Shown: positions 1-12,284 of the stretch, in pieces
Layout: each line of letters starts with the position of its first letter
Numbering within the stretch: position 1 is the first letter of the stretch
IMG/VR virus record: IMGVR_UViG_3300030102_007128
Strand: one strand, 5' to 3'
Length of the DNA stretch: 64,000 bases
Origin: an uncultured virus (IMG/VR IMGVR_UViG_3300030102_007128)
Taxonomy: Duplodnaviria; Heunggongvirae; Uroviricota; Caudoviricetes
Made by a program: the position numbers and the translations under genes
Notes under the pieces: model-generated
The model's input: only the letters and a program-made list of their open reading frames with translations
What the model was told of the DNA's origin: nothing
The model's database searches: none

Positions 1-1353
1 GCTACTAATGGGTATTATAAAGATATAGCAGATAACATTGACAGACAAATAGAAGCAGGATTACCTTTATTAGACACAAGAATTATAGGTATAGGTAATG
101 CGAGTAAAGAAATAGAAGAAGCCTTGTTTAGAAGATTTGTTCAAATAATAATGGAAGACACAATGGCTATATATCCAGCAGATGAAAAAGCCAGTAAAAT
201 AAAAAGTTGTGTAAAAGATAATTTTGAAGACGCTAATCTTCTTGATATGTCTTTGTTAAAGAAATTAGGCTTTTTAGATGATGTCAATCTTGCTTGGCAG
301 TATAGTATATTACCTAAAATATTTAACCAACCTGATAAAGGCAACAACTATTTTTATAAAGATTTTGCGATGTGGTATCAAAATTTTTCAAAAAAATATA
401 AAAACGAAAGAGAAAGAGAAAAAATAATGAGTTCAGGAGATGTTTTCTTTCAAGAAACAGCGATAGGTTTTGTATTTGATTCCTGTTTTACAGGTGGAGG
501 TAAGGTTGGTGGTAATGAAGAATTACAAAATCAGTTCAAGAAGTTTTTATATTGTCTGATTAAAGATGAATGGCTTTCTGAAAGTGCGAGTGCTAAAAAA
601 ATTGGTAGTGTATCATCTGAAGGTGTAGAAGAAAGTGAAATAGAAATAAAAAGAAGTTTATTGTTAAAGAAATTTGAGGAAGAAGGCGAAGAGTTATTTT
701 TTAATGGATTAACTGATGATATAAGAAAAGGCTTCAAAAAAGTTATAGATAAAGAGGGTGTAAATATAGGCGGTTTGAGAAAGTGGGTTCAAAGAACAAT
801 GTTTAATGTAATAGCATCTAACTCAACAGAAAAAGAACTCAATCAACTACCTGAAATAGGAAGTAAAATGATACCTTTTATATATGGTGAAATAATTAGA
901 AACCTAACTAATGAAAAGAAAATAGATACTGATTTGTTTAATAAACTATTAGAAGAAATGTATTCTCAATTTACAATTTTATTTAGTAAAGGAGATGTAA
1001 AGAGCATTAATACTGATGATGAGATGATTAAAGAGTTATTTAGTGGAGATTACTTTGGAAAACCTTTATTCTCAACTCCAGAAAAGTTTGATGGATATGA
1101 TTTAGAAGTTTATATGAATAAATATTTCAAAAATGAATTTCAATTATTCTTAAAATATAATTTAAGTGCTAAAGGATTTATTCAACTTGTTGGTAGTATT
1201 AATATTGATGGAGACGCAATAAAAAACTTTTTTGCTATTCCAAGAGTAAAAGATTATTTACAAAAGTTTTATGATAGAAACAAACAGAAATTTGGTGATA
1301 AGTTGCCTGTAAACTTTAAGAATTTAGCAAAATTCGCAGATTTAACTCCTTAA
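1..1353 (+). CDS. MoxR/AAA_5-like ATPase, C-terminal part (5' truncated by window edge)
   Basis: Frame 1 is open from base 1 (ATNGYYKDIADN...RIIGIGNASKEIEEALFRRF). RIIGIGN resembles sensor 1 and ALFRRF the arginine finger of MoxR-type AAA+. It is followed by metallopeptidase and vWA genes, the usual partners. Confidence 0.6.
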   Translation, partial: ATNGYYKDIADNIDRQIEAGLPLLDTRIIGIGNASKEIEEALFRRFVQIIMEDTMAIYPADEKASKIKSCVKDNFEDANLLDMSLLKKLGFLDDVNLAWQYSILPKIFNQPDKGNNYFYKDFAMWYQNFSKKYKNEREREKIMSSGDVFFQETAIGFVFDSCFTGGGKVGGNEELQNQFKKFLYCLIKDEWLSESASAKKIGSVSSEGVEESEIEIKRSLLLKKFEEEGEELFFNGLTDDIRKGFKKVIDKEGVNIGGLRKWVQRTMFNVIASNSTEKELNQLPEIGSKMIPFIYGEIIRNLTNEKKIDTDLFNKLLEEMYSQFTILFSKGDVKSINTDDEMIKELFSGDYFGKPLFSTPEKFDGYDLEVYMNKYFKNEFQLFLKYNLSAKGFIQLVGSINIDGDAIKNFFAIPRVKDYLQKFYDRNKQKFGDKLPVNFKNLAKFADLTP

Positions 1354-1354
1354 T

Positions 1355-2410
1355 ATGAAACACGAATATATAAAAGATTGGAATGAGTTTTGGGAGTTTT
1401 ACATTGATAGTGTAAAATTAGAAGTAGGTCCTGAATTTGATGCTTTACAAAAATCTCTTAAATATGGAGAAATAGGAAAAAGATTAGATTATCTAACAAC
1501 CGAAGAGTTTAATGATATTAATAATTTAATTAGAAAAACAGCACAAATACCATCAAAAGTTGAATTGATTTACGACCCTTCTGCTGAAACTTTTTATTCA
1601 AGATTTAATATAAAAACTAAAAAATATGAAATAGCATACCCTACATTTACAAAATTTATGATGTTTTGGGAGCCTGCTATGAAATTTGCCTTTAGACACG
1701 AATTAGGACATATATTACGAGGTGATTGCACTATTGATATGAATGGATATAAAAATGTTGCAAATGCGAATTGTTGTATGGATATAAGAATTAACGGTGT
1801 TCTTAATAAACAATCTATGATTGAAACTTATTGTTGTTTGTATTACAATTTAGAAAACCCTATAACAAAAGAAAAATGGGATAATGATTTGTTAGTGCCT
1901 GAAGTTCAATTTCCAAAAATAAATTTAGATTGGGATGAAAAAGAAAAATTCATACCAAGTTGGACTACGATATCTGACTATTATAGTAAGGCTCAAGAAG
2001 AGGAAAAAGGACAAAATCAGGGGAAAGGACAAGGACAGCCAGGAGATGGAGAACCACAAGAAGGTCAAGGACAGCCTCAAGAAGGGGAAGGACAGGGAGG
2101 TTCCACAGAAGATGAAGAGGGTATATTAGATGATTTGAAAAACGCAGGGGTAAATGGTGAAAAAGCCAATAAGCCAAAGTTTAGAGAGGGAGAAGAGATA
2201 GATAAGAATAAAAAGCCCGGTAGTGATGAGCCAAATCCTGAAGAGGGCTCTTCTAAAGAAAAGTTAGATGACATTAGATTAAAACAAAAAATAAAAAGAA
2301 CAATAGACAATTTAGACAAAATGAAAGGTAAGTATAGTGATAAGATAACGCCTTCAGAAATTGAGTTTATTGATAACAAAATAGAAGAATTAGAGAAAAT
2401 ACTAAATTAA
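1355..2410 (+). CDS. HExxH metallopeptidase-like protein (DUF2201 N-terminal type) with G/Q/E-rich linker
   Basis: AFRHELGHILRGD followed by ANCCMDIRIN (N..D..IN pattern), then a low-complexity GQGQPQEG linker. Confidence 0.65.
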   Translation: MKHEYIKDWNEFWEFYIDSVKLEVGPEFDALQKSLKYGEIGKRLDYLTTEEFNDINNLIRKTAQIPSKVELIYDPSAETFYSRFNIKTKKYEIAYPTFTKFMMFWEPAMKFAFRHELGHILRGDCTIDMNGYKNVANANCCMDIRINGVLNKQSMIETYCCLYYNLENPITKEKWDNDLLVPEVQFPKINLDWDEKEKFIPSWTTISDYYSKAQEEEKGQNQGKGQGQPGDGEPQEGQGQPQEGEGQGGSTEDEEGILDDLKNAGVNGEKANKPKFREGEEIDKNKKPGSDEPNPEEGSSKEKLDDIRLKQKIKRTIDNLDKMKGKYSDKITPSEIEFIDNKIEELEKILN

Positions 2411-2414
2411 AATT

Positions 2415-2639
2415 ATGTGGAATAATCAAAACTATAATCAGCAACCATCACTCGCACAACAAAGAATGATGATATGTAGAGCGTGCCCTTTTTCAAGAGA
2501 AACAACCGGAGTAGGGTTAACCTGTGGTAAATTATTAAGACCAGAATACGACCAGTATGGAAATCAACTTACTTGTGGTTGTATATTAAAAGCAAAAACG
2601 GCGTTAAAAAACCAAAGATGTCCTCAAAATAAATGGTAA
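2415..2639 (+). CDS. Small Cys-rich phage protein (DUF6171-like)
   Basis: RMMICRACP...CG...CGCILKAKTALKNQRCPQNKW pattern. Confidence 0.6.
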   Translation: MWNNQNYNQQPSLAQQRMMICRACPFSRETTGVGLTCGKLLRPEYDQYGNQLTCGCILKAKTALKNQRCPQNKW

Positions 2640-3683
2640 ATGGAGTTTAGAGAAAGAAAAGAAAAATATCAAGATATAATAAGTAATCTCAATGATGGTC
2701 TTAACGACTTAATCGAAAGATGTAAAGAAAAGATTGACCGTCAAAATGAAGAAGATAATCCTATTATTTCATCTCAAGTACCTTCTTGTGGCTCTATGAA
2801 CTATAATGAAGAAATACCAAATAGTGATTTGACATCAGATGAATTAGAGGCTTTACAAGAAACTTCAGAAGAAGAGATTGAAGATATATTTGATGAACTC
2901 AATTCAGAAAATATAGATGATGAATTAGAAAAACTTTCTAAAGAAATGGGTGGTTCTGGTGTCGGTGAAGGACAAGGTGATATTTCAGGTTTTATGTATG
3001 TTCCAAAATATACGGTACCTGAATGGTTTGATGAAATAGAGGCGGCAGTAGGAAGTTTAATAGGAGAGCCAGATAAAGGAAGAGCAGGAACTGATTATGA
3101 AGAAATGCAAACCTATATTGAACAAGGAGTAATGATTGTAAGAAGACCAAAAAGAATGATGTTACAAGAAAGTAAAGAGGTTTATGTTTTGCTTGACACA
3201 TCAGGAAGTATGTCTTTTAACTTTTATAAAGGTCAAAGTTTCTTGAAATTATTAGGAGGTTTTATTCCTGTATTAGGAGAAGAATATACCGGTAAATATT
3301 GGGTATGTGATGATTGCGGTATGAGGGCATATAAAAACCCAAAAAAGAAAGTTCCAAATAATTCATATAATTTAGAAAGTGTAAATGAAAAAGTATTATA
3401 TGAAGGAGGTGGAGGCACAAGTTTTGACGGAGCGTTCGCTAAATTAGGAGCAATAGAAAGAAAAAAACAACAAGAAAATCCTGATTATGAAATGTGTGTT
3501 GTATTTTTTAGTGATATGGAAATAGGATATAATGAATTTACAAGTTATAGAGATTTAGGCCCAAGTAAAATAATTTTTGTTACTGCAAAAAACAATGAGA
3601 GTGAATTAAAAAAACACCCGTGGATATATGAAAGTGATAAACATAAAATAGTATTAATAGAATTAGAAAATGACAGAAATTAG
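2640..3683 (+). CDS. vWA-domain protein (DUF2201/VWA-like)
   Basis: MIDAS motif VLLDTSGSM, GGGGTSF and VFFSD; acidic N-terminal half. Confidence 0.8.
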   Translation: MEFRERKEKYQDIISNLNDGLNDLIERCKEKIDRQNEEDNPIISSQVPSCGSMNYNEEIPNSDLTSDELEALQETSEEEIEDIFDELNSENIDDELEKLSKEMGGSGVGEGQGDISGFMYVPKYTVPEWFDEIEAAVGSLIGEPDKGRAGTDYEEMQTYIEQGVMIVRRPKRMMLQESKEVYVLLDTSGSMSFNFYKGQSFLKLLGGFIPVLGEEYTGKYWVCDDCGMRAYKNPKKKVPNNSYNLESVNEKVLYEGGGGTSFDGAFAKLGAIERKKQQENPDYEMCVVFFSDMEIGYNEFTSYRDLGPSKIIFVTAKNNESELKKHPWIYESDKHKIVLIELENDRN

Positions 3684-4365
3684 AAATAAAGAAATTCAAG
3701 ATACAATTATGGTGTTGCCAGATGATTATGTGGCAAACAAACAAGATATTGCTTATTTCAAAAGTTATGATGGTTGTGATGACTATGTAATTTACGAACA
3801 TTTGATTGAAAAAATTTGGGGTTATGTTAAATCACACTATTATAACCTTGATAGTATAGGAGATAGGGTTTTAGGAGGCTCTGTTAGTGTTTTATCTGTA
3901 AATAGTGGTTCTGGTAAAGTTTTAGAGCAGGCTCCAAAAAATACAATTATAACAGCGTATAACAATGATTATACTTGTAAAAGAATAACAGATTTTGTGT
4001 GTCAAGATAGGGCACTCGAAGGAAAATATTTTTCAGAGTTCAAAGATATATCTCAATTTTTTGCATTAGAAAACACAAATTCTTCTCGAAAATACGATAT
4101 CGTTATAACACAACCAGTAGATGGTTTTAAGTTTTATAAAGACATTGACAAAGATGAAGAAATTACAAAAGGAACACCTATTGAATATTATACTCATAGG
4201 TCATTACATTTTGTAGAACAAAACGGATTACTAATTGTATTGTGTCCGAAAGAAAAAGTTAGTGAAGTAAGTAACGGCTCTTACTTTCCTATAAAAGAAA
4301 TAGTAGAAATTAAAAATAAAATGATTACTTCTTATGTCGCAGTAATTATTCAAAAAGGTAGATAA
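3670..4365 (+). CDS. Degenerate N6-adenine methyltransferase-like protein
   Basis: VLSVNSGSGKVL (motif I-like), YDIVITQPV in place of FDxxxxNPPY, and EYYTHRSLHFVEQNGLLIVLCP (cf. YF..KSL..LKPGG.L..I.P). Confidence 0.55.
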   Translation: MTEIRNKEIQDTIMVLPDDYVANKQDIAYFKSYDGCDDYVIYEHLIEKIWGYVKSHYYNLDSIGDRVLGGSVSVLSVNSGSGKVLEQAPKNTIITAYNNDYTCKRITDFVCQDRALEGKYFSEFKDISQFFALENTNSSRKYDIVITQPVDGFKFYKDIDKDEEITKGTPIEYYTHRSLHFVEQNGLLIVLCPKEKVSEVSNGSYFPIKEIVEIKNKMITSYVAVIIQKGR

Positions 4366-4366
4366 T

Positions 4367-4669
4367 ATGACAAAGAAACTATGGTTTAATCAAACAGGGG
4401 ATGGATTACCTGATATAGCAGTTGCAGATATGATTGATAAATTTGATGATACGCCAAATTTAAGACATATGCATCCTTTTGGATTTGATGATTTACCAAT
4501 TGATGTTCAGTTTAATGAACAAGGTGAGCATTGCGAATTTCTAAAAACAGAAAGAGAACAATTATTAACAAATTTGAATTTTGCTAAAACTCAACAAGAA
4601 ATTGATGATATATATCAGGCTTTAGAGATTTTGAGTGAAGCAGGTTCAGGTGAAGAGTGTGTATATTAA
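4367..4669 (+). CDS. Hypothetical protein with WFNQTG motif and Cys-bounded helical hairpin
   Basis: ORF track; shares the motif and CxxL..R..L hairpin with proteins at 35-54 kb. Confidence 0.6.
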   Translation: MTKKLWFNQTGDGLPDIAVADMIDKFDDTPNLRHMHPFGFDDLPIDVQFNEQGEHCEFLKTEREQLLTNLNFAKTQQEIDDIYQALEILSEAGSGEECVY

Positions 4670-4680
4670 AAAAAAAGATT

Positions 4681-4932
4681 ATGAGTTATTTAGCCCCAAA
4701 TTATTTATTTAACGATAGAGATAACGAGCAGATAGGTATGTTGTATGTTGATGAAGGTAATATACAAGGATATCAAGTTAGAATTATGAAAGGAACAGAC
4801 AGGGAACAAGATAGAATGGATAGTAGATATAAAGATGATAAAGAACCTAACTCTATTTATTTAGGCAAAGACAAAGATGGAACAAGGATATATTTAAGAG
4901 CAGACGGAACCATTGAGGACAAAAAATTTTGA
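4681..4932 (+). CDS. Hypothetical protein
   Basis: ATG at 4681 after an A-rich leader is preferred over the GTG at 4657. Confidence 0.55.
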   Translation: MSYLAPNYLFNDRDNEQIGMLYVDEGNIQGYQVRIMKGTDREQDRMDSRYKDDKEPNSIYLGKDKDGTRIYLRADGTIEDKKF

Positions 4933-4951
4933 TGACAAAAGTTAAAAAAAA

Positions 4952-5194
4952 ATGAAGTTACCTAAATTATATGAAATAAAGAGTGTTAGACAAAAACACC
5001 GAATAATAAAAGATATAGTTAATACTATGAAAAAATTAGATATTAATAATTATCCTAATTTGCTTAATCAAATAGAAACAGACACATCTAAAGTAAATTT
5101 GATTGATATGGTTATTATAAATATGTATAGTAAAGATAGTGGAACAAAAAGTATTGAAAACGCTTTACAAAGCATTGAGGTTACATTGAATTAA
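4952..5194 (+). CDS. Hypothetical protein
   Basis: 80-aa ORF with A-run before the ATG, in operon context. Confidence 0.6.
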   Translation: MKLPKLYEIKSVRQKHRIIKDIVNTMKKLDINNYPNLLNQIETDTSKVNLIDMVIINMYSKDSGTKSIENALQSIEVTLN

Positions 5195-5199
5195 TAAAA

Positions 5200-8100
5200 A
5201 TGGCAGAAGTATTAGAATATATAGAACATCAGATAGAAAATCTTAAAGATACTATTAAAGATGATAATCTGTTGAAATCAACAGGTATTTATGAGGGAAC
5301 ATTATACATTTCAAGAAACCCAAAAGTAATAATGGGAGGCAGAGATAAGATGTCGGCAGCCTACGGAATTAGTGTTAGATATCTAAAAGAGATAAAAGAT
5401 TTAGCGTTAAAACAAAAAACAGAAAAACCGCAAAGTTATTTTATAAAACAAATAGAAACTAAAGATGCGGACCGAGATGTAAGAAATGTTTTGTCTAAAT
5501 TGTTTCAATACAAAACTGATGAACTTATTAGAGCGTTTGTAAATAAAATAAATTTTGTTATACTAAATAATATAAGTCAAAGTAGTGTTAGAAGCACATT
5601 CTTTGGGATGGCAACGGAGCATAATATAGATTATTTTTCACTTCCTTATGGGCAGTTGGCACCAATTTTATACACTGGTAGTGTTATAAATGAAAAAGTA
5701 ATAAATAATGTTATATTAAGAAGAATAGGTCAAGAGTTGTCGCCTTGTAATTTAAGAGATACATCAATAGTAAATTCATTAAATACATATACAGGGATAT
5801 ACAATAAAGATGAAAACTATCTTACATTCAAATATCTAAAAACAGAAGCAGAGGGGTATATTTCAAGTGATGATTTGTTTTTTGACATTAATGAAAACCT
5901 TTCTTGTAAAAACTTACCTTATTTATATTTTGATAGACCTTCTGAAGAAAATCTTAAAGAAAGTGAAGAAGGCTGTTCGACAGATGAACTTAAAAATATA
6001 ACTGACAGGCTTAATTTTGTTCAAAATCTAAATCAAAACCCTGACTTCATAAAAATAGAGAATTTTTCAGGTCTTAAACTATATAATTATATAAATAATT
6101 TTGCAAGATTATCAAGTAAATTTATTGATAATAAAACGGGNNNNNNNNNNCATAAAATTATATTTTGACAAACAAAAGGATTATTTTGCCTCTGTTAGAA
6201 GTAACGACTTAAAGGTTGCATTATTCTGCGCAAACTACGGTAATGAACCCACCGATTTATTAGACATATATTTTAACGAAAAAAATGAAGATGTATATAT
6301 AGTAAACAAAAATCAATCTCAATATGGATATTGTAAAGGATTATTCAAAAGTGAACTTTCTAATTGTGAGCATACAATATATTTACAATTAATACAGCCT
6401 GCCTTGTCAGCACAACAAAAAGCAGACCTTTTTTCAGAAGAAAATATTTTACCAATAGTTTTAGAAAATGATGTTGTTAGGGAAACAACAGGTTTAGAAG
6501 ACGCTATTACAAGACAATCTTATCTTATGGCGATTGATGATGATAAGGTTTTTTATGATTTATTTATAAGAAATATTGCAAGTTATGTATATAGTTATGC
6601 CAGACAAATAGAAAAGAAAGATAATGATGGAACTATAAAATTAATTTGGGAAACAATACCAAACCCAAAATGGAGTAAAAAAGGAAAGGATGATGAGTGG
6701 ATACCTGTTTACAACGATAAAGGAAAACTAAAATGGTATCAATTCAAAGAGCCAGACATATTTTATATATATGATGTAAGAGAAACATTTTGGACAATAA
6801 ATCAAAACCTATCAATAAAAGAAGTTTTAGCATATTTTGTTAGTAAAGGCGGGAGTAAGTTTGACAACTCTTCATATTATAGAAAATTATCACAAAGAAT
6901 TTTGGGTGTTGATTATTTTTCTTTCAGTAAAAGATTAGAGCCTTTTTTATTAGAAGAAAACTTTTTGTGTATAGAAGATATTGAATATGATGTATTAACC
7001 AATAGTTTATTAAAAATAAATTATGCTTATATACACGATTATACAAAAGATGATGTATATAAAAAGATTGATTATTTAATGAATAATATGTCGGACCCTA
7101 TATCAAAATTTTTTGGAGATGTTAAAGGTTCTAAAATAATAGAAAATCAAATTCTTCTTTTAGAATCCAACAAGCCAGAAATGGTAAAGTTTGGAAGTAA
7201 AAATAAAGCAACTAAACTAACTTTAAGTATTCATAATCCTATTTTTTATGATACATATAGACCAAACGCCTATGTAAGTAGATATGCTTTTGACAGAAAT
7301 ATATTTAATAAAGGAAAAATACACATATCTACAAGAGATGGAGAAGGGAACAAATTCAAGCCTATTGATTTCTCATCTAATAAAAAATTAGATTTACAAA
7401 ATTACGAAGCAATAGACACCAGTATAAAAAACACCCATATAGATAAGTTTATAAAATGGCTAAAGTTTGGAAGTCAAGCAAGAATAGCCAAAGATTATAT
7501 AAGTGAAAAAGAAATTATTGATGGATATGTTTTACCACTTCCTGCTAAAGAGTTTATACCAATATATTTAATGGACACTTTTGAAAGTAAAAATGAAAAA
7601 GGTGACAATGTTAAATATCCTTTATATTTTGAGAGTTCAAACAAAAAATCAGATGAATTTTTTACCCTAACAAATCTTGAAAAGAATTTAACATCGGATA
7701 GTTATGATTTATTAATAAAAGCCAAATTATCGACAGGAAACTCTTCTGGCTTTGCAAATAAAGAAGAAGCAAAAGAGGTTTATGATATAATAATGGCAAA
7801 ATACAATAAACTTGTTAGTGAAATTCGTTTAGAAGGAGATAGATTATTTACTCTTTTTTGTCAAACACAATTTACCGGTGATTATAAGATAGAAATAGAA
7901 AACAAATGGAACTCAAGATATAATAATATGGCTATTCCTGATTATTCTAAATTTCCTGTTTTTTGCGAACATTCAAGATGGTTTGGTGGTTATAAAAAAA
8001 GTAGCCCGTTTCCGTTTAATTTAAGAGAGGCACAAGTTGAAGGATTAAAGTTTTCGGTAGCAAATTCTAACGCAGGACTATTAGCACACGAAGTAGGTTT

Positions 8101-11100
8101 TGGTAAAACAACCACTTCTATCGCTTTGTTTTCACATATGAATTTAACGGGAGCGTCATCAAGAAATTTAGTTTTCACTCCAAAACAGGTTTATGAAAAA
8201 TTCTATGATGAGATAACAGGTAACGAAGAAACAGGAATATTAGGCCTATTAGGTAATCATATAAACCCATACAATGTAGTTAAGTTAGGAAATGNNNNNN
8301 NNNNTTTTAATGGGTAAATTAAAACCTATGTTCAAAGGTTCAGATATTTTTACTCAAGAAGGTTCAGAAGCATTAAAAGTTTATGATGAAGAAGAAATAG
8401 GATTTATTCAAGATTTCAAGAACATAGTTGATGAGGCTAAAGCAGAAATGGGTAGTATTAGAGTTATGCCTGCTGGACAGCCAAGATTTTTTACAGAGCC
8501 AGAGTTAATTAATGAAACAGAAAAAGATACTCGAATATCTGGTAGAATTATGGATTCTAATGCCCAAGATTGGTGGAGTTCGTTTTATGGTAAATTATTA
8601 CAGAGATATGGAGATATAATTGAACTGCCATCAGTTGAAGAATTATTAGATAGAGTAGATGTAGAAATTCAAAAAAATTATGATATAATAGAAAGACAAA
8701 TAGAGAACTACAAAAATAAATCAAGATATACCAAAGCGTCTTTTGAAACAAAAGAACAGATAAAAGAATTGCCAAAATATATACAAAAATGGTGGGCAGA
8801 CAGAAGTAAAAAGTTCCCAAGAGATGTAATTACTAAAAAAACGATAAACAATATACCTCAAGATGATTATCCACATAAATATTGGGTTACAGAACCTGAA
8901 GGACTTTTAGAATTTGGTTTTATAACCGCAAAAGAGGCCAAAGACGCTGAAAAACAAAATAAAAAATTACCAGGAACACTTACACCGCAAGGATTTGATT
9001 TAATAAAAGAAAAGGATGATAAAATTTCTAAAGCGTTTTTCAACAAAGAAGAGGGTAAACAAAGTGGAAGAATGACTACTTTATTAAACTCTATTCGTGA
9101 TATGTTGATAGATGAGTTAGGATATTATAAAGATTATGTTTTAAGAGAAAATTCAGTAATTCTTTGTTATCATCAAGCGATTGATAGATTTAGAGTAAGT
9201 AAAAACTCAAGAGTTAAGGCTCAAAACTTTGTCGCTAATATAGATGATGAGTATTATTCACCAAACAATGTTAGGGCTAAATACAATCTATTAGGAAACA
9301 AAGCCTTATCATTAAATTCACTTAATATTACAGGTTTAGTTGTTGATGAAATACATAATTTTAACAATTTAGTGTCAAGACCAAGACCTGCTACATTATC
9401 ACTAATATCTGATATTTCAGGAGGTTCACAAAGAACTTTAGCGTTGTTACCTACTCAAAAAAGTAGTGCTGTAAGTGATAAATTGCCTTCAGGTGCCGGT
9501 ATAACACACAAAGGCTCTGTAATACAAGGTATTCAAGCCAACAATCCTGAGGATAAAGAGAGGGATAAGCCTTATTTAATAAAATTTAACTCAACCGGTA
9601 AAGGAACATTAAAAAATGGACCAACTAATTTATTAGCGATTGTTTTTGAAATTCAAAATACAGCCAAAATACAAAACATAAAAGAAAAAAATACAATAAT
9701 GATGTCTGCAACACCTTTTACAGACAATGTTTTTCAAATGTTTAGTGTTTTTGGTATGACAAATGTAGAAAGAATGAAAGAGGCAAATATGGACAAAGTA
9801 TTTGATTTCTTTATAACTTTTGTTAAAGAAGAGTGGAGATATAATCTTACACACCGAAATGTCTTTGGTTTATTCGCAGAAATAGAAGGATATTATAATA
9901 CATTTGCGATGTCTAATTTTATTAAGTCATTCGCAAACTTCAAAGTTTCAGATGCGGTAATTGAAGCAAAAAGACCTCAAAAATATTTAATACCGCAGAA
10001 TGAAGGAAGAATGATAGATGGTAAGTTAGAAGGAGGCCCTAATACATCAGCAGTTAATTATGATGAGGATTTAAGACAAGTTTCAAGTTATATTGAACTT
10101 TCTGATATTCAAAAAGAGATGTTAAAAAAGATAGCAGAGTTTGTTGAAGGCAAAATAGATACACCTTACGCTATATGTCCTAATTATTTAGATGTTAAAG
10201 TTGAAAAATCAGGAAATGTTGTTTTTACAGATGAAGAAACTCAAAAAAGAGTAGATGAAATCAACAAACAATATAGATTAACAAAAACATTAAGAAGTAA
10301 AGGCGATAATGAAAACGCCGATAGTAGTGCAGAAGAAACTTATGAGTTGGCATATGATTTACTTATAGAAAATAGTAAAAACAAAGTAATTCAAAAAATA
10401 TTTGAAAAAGTAAGTGTTTTAATTGACGGTAAACCTGAAGAGGAAGAAGAAGAAATTACTCAATATGATTTAGATATAGATAGTATTGGCTTAACTGCTT
10501 TAGATGAAGAACAGGTGTTTACAGCGAAGGCTATTGTAGGTCAATCTTACGGACAATCTTGTGTTATTTCTCCATATTTACTTAAGTGTGATAATAAGGG
10601 CGAATTACAAAATAGTTTATTAAAAGATTTTCCTTTGAGTAAAGATAATATGTCTTTAACAGCCAAAAACTTTGTTGAACAAAGCCCTAAAATTAAATAT
10701 GCCGTAGATTGTGCAATAAATTCAATAATATATGATTCCTATAATTTAGAAAATAATAGAGAAATAGGTGGTCAAATTATATATTTAGATAGAGGTAAGA
10801 ATTTTAGATATGGTGGCTCTACTTACAATGCTTATGAGTTAATTAAAAAATATATTGCAGATAAAAAAATAAAATATCAAGATAAAGACGGTGAAGATAA
10901 AATCTTAACAGAAGATGAGATAATCATCATTACTGGAGCGATGGGAAAAAGTGGATTGAGAGAAAAATTCAGAGATAAATTTAACTTTGGAGAAGCCAAA
11001 ATATTGATTGGTTCATCAGCGATTAAAGAAGGTATTGACTTAAACAAAAGGGCGCATACATTGTATATATTAGATAGTGATTTCTCTCCTTCAAACGCTA

Positions 11101-12284
11101 TGCAGTTAGAGGGAAGAATATGGAGGCAAGGAAATATGTGGAAATATGTTCGTATAGTTTATGTTCTTGGTAGAGATAGTATTGATGCTTTTGTTTATTC
11201 TAAACTACAACAAAAAATAAATGAAATTAAAAAGATGTTAGAAAGTGGTGTTTATGAATTGAATAAAACTCAATTTACAATAGATGCTAAAGAAAGAATT
11301 AAAAAAATAATATCTGATATAGACCAATTAACTGAATTAGAGTGGCAAGACAAAAATGATGAATTGAACACAAAAAATGCTGAATTAAGTTCAAAGAAGA
11401 GTGATTTAATCACAATCAGTCAAGAGTATGGTAGAATTAAAAAAGATTACGCAAATAATATGAAATTGATAAACGCTATATATCAAATCGTATTGAAAGG
11501 TGAAAAAGTAAAAATCGCAAAACAAATAAAACAAGATTACGATATTCTCAATGAAAACAAATATAGATTGGAATCTGCCAATAAGGGACTACAATGGAGA
11601 AAGCAAAACCCTTATATGCCAATGAGTATTATAGAGGCTTTGAAAATTTTAGACAAACAGATTGAGGACAAGAAAAGAGTTTTCCCTTTTGTAAATAAAG
11701 AAATAAATGAAAATACAAGTGTGTTTGAGGCTAATATGGCTATAAGTAAAGTGATTAGATTTGTCAGTAGCAACAAATCAACATTAGTGTCAATTACAAA
11801 TAATTCAGATATTAGGGAAAATGTTTTACAAGGAATAAGAAATAAAAAAGAAGAAGAAAAAATTATTTCAGATGAACTTATAGAAACTTTATTTATTTAT
11901 AACCAATGGGAAGCGTTTAATCATATATTAAAAGAAGTGAGTATGTTTGAGCAAGGCTCGCCAAAAGAAAGGGTTTTAGCCAACTATTTGGCTTTTGTTT
12001 CTTCAGTAAATAAAAAAGACGCTGATGGTATTGAAATAATACAAAATGGAAAACCTGTAAAGTGTGATATTAGTGATATAGGTAATTTAATAGCAAATAT
12101 TGAAAAACAAATAACATCAATAGAAAGACAATTATCTACTGCAGGTGTAAAAGAATATAAAGAAAGAACAGCGAGAAAACTGATTAAAGATATAGCCAGT
12201 CAAAGAAAAATTACTGGAGAAAGTGTAGAAGAGTTAGTTGAAAAGTTTGATATTTCAATGAAATTATTAAAATTAAGAGAATAA
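5200..12284 (+). CDS. Giant SF2/SNF2-type helicase protein (DarB/polyvalent-protein type); probably one gene split by N gaps at 6141-6150 and 8295-8304
   Basis: Motif I LLAHEVGFGKT, II LVVDEIHNF, III MMSATPF, V IGSSAIKEGIDL and VI QLEGRIWRQGN. The three ORF-track pieces break exactly at the N runs. Confidence 0.8.

Noticed and set aside
8305..9340. Intein in the helicase insertion between motifs Ia and II
   Set aside because: No C/S-start, HN-end or LAGLIDADG motifs are visible. Long insertions at this position are usual in DarB-like helicases.
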